Shown one piece after another: positions 46,140 through 55,888 of a stretch of DNA of 64,000 nt; position 1 is the stretch's first letter, and every line of letters begins with the position of its first letter. The translations under genes were made by a program, and so were the position numbers. Location: positions 39,658-103,657 of the forward strand of contig CASIAW010000002.1 of assembly GCA_949372875.1 (NCBI GenBank). Reading direction: 5' to 3'. Below the pieces are notes generated by a model. That model searched no databases and was not told the origin of the DNA. It worked only from the letters and a program-made list of their open reading frames with translations. Origin of the DNA: Candidatus Poseidoniaceae archaeon (GTDB lineage: Archaea > Thermoplasmatota > Poseidoniia > Poseidoniales > Poseidoniaceae).

Positions 46140-46838
46140 TCAAAATTCTTCATCAGGCTTCTGAGAATCCATCAATTCCTGAACTGCGCCTTGCTTCGCA
46201 TTCTTTTCAAACCAGTCGGTTTTGACCAGGTCCCCAAGTCGTTCGACTCCTGCTTCAATTAAGTCGGTATCTTTTGATTCTGCATCTTGCCATAACTGGT
46301 TTGCTCGGTGCTGGTATTGGAGGTTGGCTTCATTCACCAGTAACTCAGAAGGGCGTAAATTATCTTCTAATCCTTCATAAAGAGGTTCTGAAACAGAGGA
46401 ATCGCGACGAGTTTTTGTTGCATCCAGTGGTGAATCAATCTGACCAGAAGTGAAACCCTTCTCGTCTGAACCCCTGCCTCTTCGTTGGGTTTTGGAGACT
46501 TGAATCGATTGAATGTTGCCTGCTTTCACCGCTTCAAGGGCAACATGCATTCTGTCGGAGTTTTCGAGAAGAGCCGGATCAACTTCAAGCATCATGAAGA
46601 GTGTTTCTTGGCGCTCAATCGCTTTCCGGTGGAAAGAAAAGACGGAGGAAAAACTGAGCAAAAGAATCAGGAATTCAAAAAAAAGGACACTTGAAAGAGT
46701 CACGCTCTTGGTGAGCCAACCTGTAAAACCGATGGCAAGGCTTGAGAATACCAAGATGAGAAGCATTCGGCGGTGGCGACTTTTCTTCGAAACCTCGAGT
46801 TTGTATTGCTGAAGAAAATAAGAGCCCGGGTCTTCCAT
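46140..46838 (-). CDS. membrane protein with cytoplasmic coiled-coil/acidic region
   Basis: 2 N-terminal TM helices plus ~150 aa of charged sequence. Confidence 0.35.
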   Translation of the reverse strand: MEDPGSYFLQQYKLEVSKKSRHRRMLLILVFSSLAIGFTGWLTKSVTLSSVLFFEFLILLLSFSSVFSFHRKAIERQETLFMMLEVDPALLENSDRMHVALEAVKAGNIQSIQVSKTQRRGRGSDEKGFTSGQIDSPLDATKTRRDSSVSEPLYEGLEDNLRPSELLVNEANLQYQHRANQLWQDAESKDTDLIEAGVERLGDLVKTDWFEKNAKQGAVQELMDSQKPDEEF

Positions 46839-46847
46839 TCTTGACCC

Positions 46848-47162
46848 TCATCCGTTCAGAATTTTCGTTATACGTGTCCTATACTCTTCATCAGAAAGGG
46901 TGTCTTCTTTCCAACCCAGCTGAGAGAGGGCTTCGAGACGGCTCGCTTCGATGCTGTTCTTCATACGTTCAAATGCAAATTGTATCAAAAGACCAAACAC
47001 AAGGAGTGCTGCAAAGCCGAAACGCCACTCGTCGGTAAAGTATCCGATGAAGAGGCTCAACACCAATCCTTGCCCCAATGCAAAACCGAGGCGTGTGCGT
47101 AATTTATCGGTTGAATCCAAAGTATCGAGAAGACGCTTTGCACCCTCTTTTTTGGTCGCCAT
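46848..47162 (-). CDS. small 2-TM membrane protein
   Basis: 104 aa. Confidence 0.35.
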   Translation of the reverse strand: MATKKEGAKRLLDTLDSTDKLRTRLGFALGQGLVLSLFIGYFTDEWRFGFAALLVFGLLIQFAFERMKNSIEASRLEALSQLGWKEDTLSDEEYRTRITKILNG

Positions 47163-47201
47163 AATAATCCCAACATGTGTTTTCCTGTCAACATACCGGA
47201 A

Positions 47202-47849
47202 TCAGTTGGCTGGAACAAAACAGTCGTCATCAATTTCAATGAGTGTGCCGTTCATCAATAAATGGTCTAAGCCTTCATCGATTTCTTCGTGACTAATCCC
47301 GCTAGAGTTGAGATGTTTGAAAATTGAATCAAGTGTAGAGCAAGGCTCCCCTTTGGAAATCTCGGTTTCAACATGGATGAGAAGCATTTGGCAAACGACA
47401 GCAAGAAGGGGATCGTCGCTTTCTTCATCGGGAAGCAATTCAATGAAATTATTTGCAGGATGAAGGGCGACTTCCATATTACTTGCACCATCAATGCTGT
47501 CCTCACTTTCTGCAGTTCGCCTCCCAAGTCCATTCAAACTCGGATCGACATTAAGGTCGAAACAGTCGAATATATTTCGCTGGAAAGGATCTTCACCTTG
47601 CCCTTCATGTATTTCTATACGGCGGCCAAGTGCTTGAAGACGGTGTAATCGTTGTTCGATAACTCTCTTTTCTCGAGCGAGGTCGGATGAAATAAGCTCA
47701 AGAGACATATTGGCTTGCTCAGATAACCATTTCCCAAGTTGCCAATCTGGATTGATGCCGTTCATGACTTCAGCGAGACGCTGAACTTCTTCGGGCATTT
47801 GATCGACAGGAATCTGTTCCTCTGAAACCTTGTTTTGTTTGTCGCTCAT
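47202..47849 (-). CDS. acidic cytosolic protein, unknown (possible C-terminal winged-helix)
   Basis: Start chosen at MSDKQNK. No motif was recognised. Confidence 0.35.
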   Translation of the reverse strand: MSDKQNKVSEEQIPVDQMPEEVQRLAEVMNGINPDWQLGKWLSEQANMSLELISSDLAREKRVIEQRLHRLQALGRRIEIHEGQGEDPFQRNIFDCFDLNVDPSLNGLGRRTAESEDSIDGASNMEVALHPANNFIELLPDEESDDPLLAVVCQMLLIHVETEISKGEPCSTLDSIFKHLNSSGISHEEIDEGLDHLLMNGTLIEIDDDCFVPAN

Positions 47850-48061
47850 GTTAACGACTCTCCTTGATGACGGCCTATGAAACCTCTCTTCAAGAAGGGA
47901 CCTCGAGTTCCGGTGCAGAAACGAAAGGCACCTCCTCGTATTCTGTGAATACCCCTCTCCACAGGTCATTGACCTTGAAGTGATACCGTGGGTTGATTTC
48001 AGAAGGTATCGAAACGAACTCTCCTTTTCTGAAAGGGGGCGCGTTCATGTAGGGGTTACTC

Positions 48062-49258
48062 TTGCGAAAAAACATGGCAGACTATCGGATTGGAATCTTA
48101 CCGGGCGATGGAACTGGTCGAGAAGTGGCACTTGAGGCGCAACGAATACTCGACACAATAGAACAACACACGAACATCGGGTTTGAGCAAACGGTCATCA
48201 AATGCGGTGGCCAACAATATGTCGAAACCGGAGAGGAGTGGGCTGAAGGTTCATTCGAATTTTGCCGGGATGAAGCAGATGCGCTGTATCTCGGAGCAAT
48301 AGGCCACCCTGGTGCTTTTCTTCCAAATGGAGACCTTGCCGGCGGCTCAGTTATTCTCGGCCTCCGTAGCGGACTTGATTTGTATGCAAATCTTCGACCA
48401 ATCAAACTCTATGAAGGGGTGCCACACAAAGTCCACGGGAAATTTACTCAGATTTGGGAACCCGGAATGGTGGACATGACCATTTTGCGAGAAAATACTG
48501 AAGGATTGTATCATTCACTGCTACGCCGAAGTGCGGACCGAGCTATGGGTCGGCCGCCTTACGAACCTCCAGAAATGACCTTCCCGGGACTTAGCGGAGA
48601 AGTTGCTTACGACCCCCGCCCCATTTCTGAACATGGCAGTGCGCGCCTCATTCGTATGGGTTTCGAAATTGCGGAAACCCGAAATGGAGCGCCGGTTGAT
48701 GGAGTGAAGCGAGTTTCATGCATTGACAAGTCAAACGTCACCCGTGGATGCCAATTATTCCGACGCACATTTGACAAAGTCTCCCGTGAATATCCAGGCA
48801 CTGAACTTGACTACGGGTTTATTGACGCTTTCACCCAGTGGCTCACTCGAAGCCCTGAAAGTTATGACGTTGTCGTTACTTCAAACATGTTTGGCGATAT
48901 TGCCACCGACCTCGGTGCGGTACTCCAAGGTGGAATGGGTATGGCAGCATCTGGAAATATTGGTGACAAAAATGCATTCTTTGAGCCGGTTCACGGCTCT
49001 GCGCCAAAATACGCTGGCCTGAACGTCGTCAATCCAATTGCTAGTATCAATTCGATTCAACTGATGATGAATTGGTTGGGTCGCAAAAATAACAATGATG
49101 ACTTGACTCAAATCGGCACACTCATCGACAACAGTGTTGCGGACCATTTGCGTGACGGAAAAGGGCTCACTTACGACCTCGGGGGAGATGCATCATGTTC
49201 AGATGTTGGTGAAAGTATTGCAGCACGTCTTGCTGTTAAACTGAAAGAACGATTCTAA
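48062..49258 (+). CDS. isocitrate/isopropylmalate dehydrogenase family (3-IPM/tartrate/homoisocitrate DH-like)
   Basis: The NMFGDIATDLGAVLQGGMGMAASGNIG signature is present. The N-terminus is ILPGDGTGRE. Confidence 0.85.
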   Translation: MRKNMADYRIGILPGDGTGREVALEAQRILDTIEQHTNIGFEQTVIKCGGQQYVETGEEWAEGSFEFCRDEADALYLGAIGHPGAFLPNGDLAGGSVILGLRSGLDLYANLRPIKLYEGVPHKVHGKFTQIWEPGMVDMTILRENTEGLYHSLLRRSADRAMGRPPYEPPEMTFPGLSGEVAYDPRPISEHGSARLIRMGFEIAETRNGAPVDGVKRVSCIDKSNVTRGCQLFRRTFDKVSREYPGTELDYGFIDAFTQWLTRSPESYDVVVTSNMFGDIATDLGAVLQGGMGMAASGNIGDKNAFFEPVHGSAPKYAGLNVVNPIASINSIQLMMNWLGRKNNNDDLTQIGTLIDNSVADHLRDGKGLTYDLGGDASCSDVGESIAARLAVKLKERF

Positions 49259-49875
49259 ACATCCTGTCTCCGTTGGAGTTCCGCTTCAAATTCGGTCCAG
49301 AGTTCACTTTCGATTTGTTTTCGAAGTTTTGGTTCAAGAGCTGTTTGAACCTGTATGACGACATCTTCCCAAATCTCGATAGCCATTGATGACCTTACTT
49401 CGGCTTCATTGGCTTGGAGCATCTCTTGGACTTCGATGATAGAAAATTTTTGCTCCGACTCATCGTTTGAATACCGAAGAATCTCAGCCTGTACTATTCG
49501 TTCAATTTCGCTCATAAGGCGCGCTACAATGCTCACTTCCCAAACATCTCTCGGATGTGGAGTATCCATGTTTGTAACCGTATTTCTAAGCGTTTGAACA
49601 ATACGGGCTCGAACGGGATTACCAATTTCAAAATCCCTTACCCCTGACACAAAGCCAACTAATGCGTCAAGCCATTCCGCTTCTGAAAGAGTGTTACCAC
49701 AACCCGGGCAGTCAACTTCGGCAATCGGCAGAGGTTCGTTACTCGTCGTTTCGATGGCTGAATCTTCAGTGTTCTTTTTGTCCCGTCGCTTTGGCTCTGG
49801 GGCTTTTTCTAGATCGAAAGAAATGGATGCTCCAAAAGTGTTTTTCTTGGGATTGGTTTTCGGGGTTTCACTCAT
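49255..49875 (-). CDS. zinc-ribbon hypothetical protein
   Basis: A CPGCGN motif is present. Confidence 0.35.
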   Translation of the reverse strand: MSETPKTNPKKNTFGASISFDLEKAPEPKRRDKKNTEDSAIETTSNEPLPIAEVDCPGCGNTLSEAEWLDALVGFVSGVRDFEIGNPVRARIVQTLRNTVTNMDTPHPRDVWEVSIVARLMSEIERIVQAEILRYSNDESEQKFSIIEVQEMLQANEAEVRSSMAIEIWEDVVIQVQTALEPKLRKQIESELWTEFEAELQRRQDV

Positions 49876-49957
49876 CTCGATATAAAATGTGTAAACCTAA
49901 ATAAAAAGTATTTGCCGGTAAAATGCATAAAATGGCCAAAATTAGACATAATCGAAC

Positions 49958-50704
49958 TTACGACTGGAGATAGGCAGCAATATGTTGCAAAGCCCGCTGT
50001 ATTGTTTCGTTGTTACTATATTTTTTGTTCTCAACAACCTGTTGACCTGAATCAAGATGTGCGTTCATATTTACGATGACTCTGCTTAATTCATCCACCA
50101 TTGTCACTGAGGCCATTTGGGCTGTTCGAGAAAGTGGGTTCAAATCGATTACAAGAACGGTCTTTCCCATTGAGACCAATGCCTCACATCGGTCGCCATC
50201 TTCGAGAGGGACGAGAATGACATCAGAATCCAAAATGCCTTCCTTAGTACAATTCGCCCGTGGCCCTTCTAATCCTGGAATGCGAGCATTCGGCTTAGCA
50301 CCAAGAATTTCCACATCGATTGCTTCTTGTTGTTTAATTTCATTAAGGTGTTGAAGTAATGCCTTCATGCGCTCAGGAGTACGATAGAAAATATTGATTT
50401 CAACCGGACAGTTGAGTTTCTGAGCCAGGTGCAAAATTTCTTTTCCTGCAAGTGCAACGACGTTACCGTTCACGCTAATCACAGGGTGGGTGGCTGAGCA
50501 AAGAAGAGCGAGCGCCTGTTGAGTAGCTGCAAGTGCACTGGGGATTGTTTGTTCTCCTAGCAGATAATCAAAAGCTTCCCCTCTGCCATGCGCAATCAAA
50601 GCACTTCCAGCAAGCATCCCTTTTTCCTCGGCTACCTCTAGCCTATGACGCATCAATAAAGACTGATAGCGGGGGTGAGAAGGGTCAGCAGCGATTTCGC
50701 TCAT
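49958..50704 (-). CDS. possible archaeal phosphopantothenate synthetase (DUF137-like)
   Basis: ~250 aa. The HGRGEAFDYLLGE segment was recalled from archaeal PPS. This is a memory-based call. Confidence 0.4.
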   Translation of the reverse strand: MSEIAADPSHPRYQSLLMRHRLEVAEEKGMLAGSALIAHGRGEAFDYLLGEQTIPSALAATQQALALLCSATHPVISVNGNVVALAGKEILHLAQKLNCPVEINIFYRTPERMKALLQHLNEIKQQEAIDVEILGAKPNARIPGLEGPRANCTKEGILDSDVILVPLEDGDRCEALVSMGKTVLVIDLNPLSRTAQMASVTMVDELSRVIVNMNAHLDSGQQVVENKKYSNNETIQRALQHIAAYLQS

Positions 50705-50713
50705 GGTATCTCC

Positions 50714-51766
50714 TCAAGCGCCGCCGACAATCATCGAAATATCGAGCGGAGGTACGCCTCGATTGACTGCGCTCGTCGAAAGAACGTCCATTCCGCTTTC
50801 ATGCCACTCATCCAATTGTTCAAACACGATACCGCCGCTTGCTTCAAGACAGATTTGGTCCCTCAAGTTCATTTCCACTAGCTGGGCAACAGTGTCTTTA
50901 CTTCGTTCAGGCCCAAAATTGTCCAGCATGATTACGAGCGGGGGTAAATGTTCATCATCGCGCTGCGACCAGGCAGCAGCTGCCATAATGGCTTCTTTTT
51001 CTTCACGAACCTCTATTTCAAGGAACGCTCCACAGCCTTCTTGCGTTACATCTTGCAGGAACTTGACGATACGACTTGCATGTGTGTCAAGGTCATCATG
51101 CATTGAGGCAAGATCGTTTTCTTTCAACATCTTAGCATCTTCGCGATGAAGACGATGTGTTAATCCTCCTCCGAGATGAACGGCCCATTTATCGAGCAGT
51201 CCCCATACAGTTTTTCGAGTACATGCTATTTGCCCTGGGGCACGAGCTGCCCATCGCCTTGCTTCTGTAGCAATGCCCGAAAGTTGCCCAAGCATGTTCA
51301 AGATACTGCGCTCCATGGCGAGAAGTGTCTCTCGATCTCCGGTAAGGATGGCTATTTCATCATCCTTTGATACTTTTTTACCATCTCCTGCCATCCATGA
51401 AATCCGCAGGGAAGGAGCCCAAATTTGCAACATATGGTCAACGGCTGCCGTTCCTACAATAATGCCATCAGCGCGAGAGTAAATTGTAGCTTCTATCGAC
51501 TGAGAGCCGCCCATGAAAGGCATGCTGATTCCGTCATCTGCAAGCAAGGCGCTGACCCAGCGGTCGATGCTTGAAAGAAGAAGGCGTGAAGGGCCATCCT
51601 CCGCAGTCCACAACTCATGACCTCGGTCATGTGGAGGGCGTTTTAACTCGGCCATGAAGTATGCTGGGGGTTCTGTAACTTCAAACATGCAGATGGATGC
51701 GCACGGGATGTCATGCTTGTACAAGTTTTCATAAGGTGAATGGATTAATTGAAGATATGGATTCAC
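50714..51766 (-). CDS. nadC: nicotinate-nucleotide pyrophosphorylase (QPRTase, NadC) with N-terminal extension
   Basis: Motifs present: ERSILNMLGQLSGIAT, ACTRKT, IEVREEKEA, IMLDNF and EASGGI. Confidence 0.75.
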   Translation of the reverse strand: MNPYLQLIHSPYENLYKHDIPCASICMFEVTEPPAYFMAELKRPPHDRGHELWTAEDGPSRLLLSSIDRWVSALLADDGISMPFMGGSQSIEATIYSRADGIIVGTAAVDHMLQIWAPSLRISWMAGDGKKVSKDDEIAILTGDRETLLAMERSILNMLGQLSGIATEARRWAARAPGQIACTRKTVWGLLDKWAVHLGGGLTHRLHREDAKMLKENDLASMHDDLDTHASRIVKFLQDVTQEGCGAFLEIEVREEKEAIMAAAAWSQRDDEHLPPLVIMLDNFGPERSKDTVAQLVEMNLRDQICLEASGGIVFEQLDEWHESGMDVLSTSAVNRGVPPLDISMIVGGA

Positions 51767-52449
51767 GAGACGAGCAAGACATTGTTCAACTCAAATCGAT
51801 TCTGGACAGCACCGATGTGATACACATTTACGGAGCCGGACTTAATTCAGAGAGGCCAGCCCATACTGCTGTTGCGGAACTCAAGGCCCGAGATTGGGCT
51901 GTAGCACCAATTCATCCCAGAGACGGAGGGGCTACAATCCAAGGATTCCCAATTCGACCTGGGTTAGATGAAGGCGTAATCCCAAAAGTCGTCGTCTTAT
52001 TTCTAGCACCAGAACGCGCTCGGGCTGTTGTTCGAAATCTCATCATCCGTTTCCAACGTGACGTCTTTCCACTGGTTTGGTTTCAATTGGGTGCAGAGGA
52101 TGAACAATCTCGGCATGCTCTTGATGAAATGGGGGTGAACTACATCGAAAATGATTGTCTTGTTCGCTTTACTGAGCGTCACTCCTTGAAATGTGGATGT
52201 TCTCCATTACCGCAACAATGGTGCTTACAGACAGCTTCAGAAGATGGAGACGGTTGCTCAGTGTGGAACGTTTATTCCTCGGATTCAGCATCGCTGAAAC
52301 GCCCTAGGGAATCACTTGAATGGGTCGGTTCGCTCGACGACCTGGCCCAATCAAACCATACCATTCCGCGCTATATCCGTTCACTCCAAGAAAAGAATGA
52401 ATCGTTACAATCTCTCGCTTCGAGGTTATCTGGTCAAATGCTCACTTGA
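51757..52449 (+). CDS. CoA-binding domain protein (YccU-like)
   Basis: The segments IHIYGAGLNSERPAH...PIHP...IQGFPI...VVLFLAPERA fit the CoA-binding fold. Confidence 0.55.
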   Translation: MDSRDEQDIVQLKSILDSTDVIHIYGAGLNSERPAHTAVAELKARDWAVAPIHPRDGGATIQGFPIRPGLDEGVIPKVVVLFLAPERARAVVRNLIIRFQRDVFPLVWFQLGAEDEQSRHALDEMGVNYIENDCLVRFTERHSLKCGCSPLPQQWCLQTASEDGDGCSVWNVYSSDSASLKRPRESLEWVGSLDDLAQSNHTIPRYIRSLQEKNESLQSLASRLSGQMLT

Positions 52450-52465
52450 AAGAGGTAGTGCTAAT

Positions 52466-55400
52466 ATGGACTCTGCCCGACAACAAAGTATGCGCACCCC
52501 CTTCATACTGTTCATTTTGGTATGTTCGGTGCTCGCACCGGCGGTAAGTGCAAACAGCTCATTACAAGTAGAATCTGTATCCGACACACATACTGAAAAC
52601 AGTATCATCGACTCCTATTCATCCCTTCTAAGGGCCGCTATTGCCCACAAGAGTGACCTTTCAATGTATTCTGATTCCGAGTTAGAATCTGCACAGCAAT
52701 GGGTCGTCATTGCATTACATTTCAACGGAATTGAATCAAAAGAATTGCCCGGGGCTTGGATTGTTGATACTGATCCTTCAACTGCTGCTGATGAGTTTTC
52801 GACTCTGATTGAGAATGGAGAAATTGATGCGGCATATCCGCTTGTTGAGAAAATAATGCCGCCACGCTGGATTCCAAACGACCCGAAGTTTTCCGACCAA
52901 TGGCATCTCCAAAATACTGGACAGACTGGAGGCGCGAGCGGAGAAGATGTCAATATCACCGGTGCTTGGAACACGTATAGAGGCAATGGCATAGTTATCG
53001 GCATCGTCGACGATGGGCTTGACTGGACTCATCCGGATTTAGATAATTATTACGAGTCTACCCTTGATTACGACTTTTGTGGAAACGATGGAAACCCCTC
53101 GCCATCCTCAAATAATGCACATGGAACTGCATCCGCTGGCGTTGCTGCCGGCGTTGGAGATAACAACATTGGAGTAAGTGGCTCTGCGCCTCGAGCTGGG
53201 TTAGCGGGGTTGCAACTCATCTCCTGCAGTACGACAGATACTCGAGAATCTTCCGCACTCTCTCATGAGCGTCAAGACATCGATATCTATTCGAATTCAT
53301 GGGGCCCAAGCGACGATGGAGAGACTTTAGAAGCGCCAGGACCACTTATGTTCGCTGCAATGGAGAACGATGCAATCTTGGGCAGAGGTGGACTTGGAAA
53401 CATCATTACCTGGGCTGCTGGAAATGGTTTAGACGACGATGATAATTCCAATTACGATGGTTATGCAAACCTGCGTTATACGATTGCTGTAACAGCAGTT
53501 GATCACAAAGGAGATCAGTCATACTACGCTGAACCAGGTGCCAATATTTTGGTTGCTGCACCATCAAACGGAGATAATGAAGGGATTACAACGACAGATA
53601 ACGAAGGTTCTGGAGGTTATACCAACAGCGATTACACGGATAATTTTGGTGGGACGTCGTCAGCAACGCCCCTTGTTTCTGGCGTCATAGCGCTGATGCT
53701 TGAAGCAAATGCCAACTTGACATGGCGGGATGTTCAGCATATTCTTGTCGAAACTTCGAGGAAGAACGACGGAAACGACAATTCATGGAAAACAAATGGA
53801 GCAGGATACCTTGTGAGTCACAAATATGGCTACGGTGTTATTGATGCGGGTGCTGCTGTTTCCACTGCGGCAAATTGGAGCATCGTTGATGAAGAAATCT
53901 CATCATCAACTGGGACGATTCAAACAAATCTCAACATCCCAGACAACAGTGAAACATCTGTTTATGCAAACACGACTGTAACCGACGCTATTCAAGTCGA
54001 GAATATCGATATCGTGATCGACCTGCCTCACTCTTTCCGAGGTGATATGGAGATTATTTTGACAAGCCCCTCAGGGCATCAAAGTGTACTCGCAGAAAAG
54101 CATGATGACGACGGAAATAATTACAATAATTGGCGGTTTGGAACAGTCCAGCATTGGGGTGAAGACAGCCGAGGAGAATGGTCCTTGTCGTTACAGGACC
54201 AAGGTAATCAGGATGTGGGAACGCTCGATGAATGGGAATTAATTATTCATGGAACACAATTGAATCTTGATTCAGATGGTGATAACCTCTCTGATACCAA
54301 TGAAACCGACGTATATGGCACTGATCCTTACGATATCGACACTGATGACGATACAATAAACGATGGAGCAGAAGTTCTGATTTATGGTACAAATCCGTTA
54401 CTCAGTGATTCAGATGGAGATGGATTGTCCGACGGTGTCGAAATCAACGTGAACGGCACAGATCCATTAGACAATGATACCGATGGCGACAAGTTGCTTG
54501 ATGGTGAAGAGGTTTTGCTTTATGGGACCAATCCATTGATTCCAGACCAAGATGCTGATGTTGATGCATTCTATTGGTTTCAAGATTGCAACGATACGAA
54601 TGCAGAAGTCTATCCTGGCGCCCTAGAATTGCTGAACGGAATCGATGATAACTGCGATGGGCAGTGGGATGAAGGATACAATTCCACGGATACAGACAAT
54701 GATGGTTTATCCGACTATGGAGAATTCCACGTCTATGGCACGAACCTCTCTATGGCCGATACCGATGGGGATTTCTTGAATGATGGGGATGAAGTAGTAA
54801 TCCACCTTACAGACCCTCTCACGAAAGATAATGATTCAGACATGGATGGATTTTACTGGTTTGAGGATTGCAATGATACAAATTCGAGCATTTATCCGAA
54901 TGCTCAAGAATTGCTGGACGGCATCGACAACAATTGTGATGGCCTCATTGATGAAGCCTTTAATGGGACAGATGCGGACGCTGACGGCCTGCTCGACTTA
55001 GTTGAATTCCTCGAAACTGGGACCGACCCATTTGATGAAGACACCGATGACGATGGCTTAACCGATGGAATCGAAGTTATTTCAACGCTTACGAATCCTT
55101 TCGTACCCGACTTAGATGAAGATCAAGATGGATATCGGTGGTTCCTTGATTGTGACGACAACGATTCGGCTCGTTCTCCTAATGCTGAAGAGATATGGAA
55201 TGGCTTAGATGATGATTGTAATGGCGCTATCGATGATGGCATTGAGAGAACAAATTGGTTTACACCTACTCCGCTCATGTCAGAAGTTTTACTCAACGCT
55301 ACAAATGATTCTCTGCAATTAGGAATTCTTCTCGACCTTGACGATGCTTCAATTCAGCGGCTAAATCTCACCATACAGTGGTACCGTAATCAAACGCTCA

Positions 55401-55888
55401 TAGCACAAGGCCTTCTCTTTGAAGAAGGGGTGCACAGTTGCCAGCAACCAAGCACGACGTTCGCTGAGGAACTCTGTGCCCTCAATGGAACTGTAGGTCC
55501 ATATGAAATTGAAGCGGTCGTCTTTGATGATACAGGGTTTATTGAAGTGAAATGGATGGTTACGTATACCGTTTGGCACCCTCCGGTTGTTGAAGAGAAA
55601 GAAGAAGAGGCTGCGATTCAAACAAACGAAAATGAAAATGGAATGAGTTTACCATCGAATGTGTTGGTTTGGGTTCTCGCTATTGTCGTTGCTGTATTGA
55701 GCCTTATTCTCGTTCTTTCTCGCCGTCAAAACGCCTCACCAAACCATTCGGCTCGGCCCACTCAAGCCCCTCCAGTTTTCATTCCATCGCCAAAGTATGG
55801 TGATGTTCCAGCTGCACCAGACTTTTCTCAGATGGGAGCATATGAGCCTCCGTCAAACAATGAATGGGATACGAACCTTTGGAAGTAA
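52466..55888 (+). CDS. secreted subtilisin-family proprotein-convertase-like protease (S8B, kexin/furin-type with P domain), TSP3 and Cys-rich metal-binding repeats, C-terminal membrane anchor
   Basis: Signal peptide. The catalytic triad motifs are GIVDDGLDWTHPDL, HGTASAGVAAG and GGTSSATPLVSG. The furin-like segments WRDVQHILVETS and NGAGYLVSHKYGYGVIDAGAAV are present. The P domain contains HSFRGDMEIILTSPSG...WELIIHGT. There are four or more TSP3-like repeats (Dx[DN]xDG) and three DCNDTN...YPNAQELLDGIDNNCDG-type repeats. A TM helix plus tail follow. Confidence 0.85.
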   Translation: MDSARQQSMRTPFILFILVCSVLAPAVSANSSLQVESVSDTHTENSIIDSYSSLLRAAIAHKSDLSMYSDSELESAQQWVVIALHFNGIESKELPGAWIVDTDPSTAADEFSTLIENGEIDAAYPLVEKIMPPRWIPNDPKFSDQWHLQNTGQTGGASGEDVNITGAWNTYRGNGIVIGIVDDGLDWTHPDLDNYYESTLDYDFCGNDGNPSPSSNNAHGTASAGVAAGVGDNNIGVSGSAPRAGLAGLQLISCSTTDTRESSALSHERQDIDIYSNSWGPSDDGETLEAPGPLMFAAMENDAILGRGGLGNIITWAAGNGLDDDDNSNYDGYANLRYTIAVTAVDHKGDQSYYAEPGANILVAAPSNGDNEGITTTDNEGSGGYTNSDYTDNFGGTSSATPLVSGVIALMLEANANLTWRDVQHILVETSRKNDGNDNSWKTNGAGYLVSHKYGYGVIDAGAAVSTAANWSIVDEEISSSTGTIQTNLNIPDNSETSVYANTTVTDAIQVENIDIVIDLPHSFRGDMEIILTSPSGHQSVLAEKHDDDGNNYNNWRFGTVQHWGEDSRGEWSLSLQDQGNQDVGTLDEWELIIHGTQLNLDSDGDNLSDTNETDVYGTDPYDIDTDDDTINDGAEVLIYGTNPLLSDSDGDGLSDGVEINVNGTDPLDNDTDGDKLLDGEEVLLYGTNPLIPDQDADVDAFYWFQDCNDTNAEVYPGALELLNGIDDNCDGQWDEGYNSTDTDNDGLSDYGEFHVYGTNLSMADTDGDFLNDGDEVVIHLTDPLTKDNDSDMDGFYWFEDCNDTNSSIYPNAQELLDGIDNNCDGLIDEAFNGTDADADGLLDLVEFLETGTDPFDEDTDDDGLTDGIEVISTLTNPFVPDLDEDQDGYRWFLDCDDNDSARSPNAEEIWNGLDDDCNGAIDDGIERTNWFTPTPLMSEVLLNATNDSLQLGILLDLDDASIQRLNLTIQWYRNQTLIAQGLLFEEGVHSCQQPSTTFAEELCALNGTVGPYEIEAVVFDDTGFIEVKWMVTYTVWHPPVVEEKEEEAAIQTNENENGMSLPSNVLVWVLAIVVAVLSLILVLSRRQNASPNHSARPTQAPPVFIPSPKYGDVPAAPDFSQMGAYEPPSNNEWDTNLWK

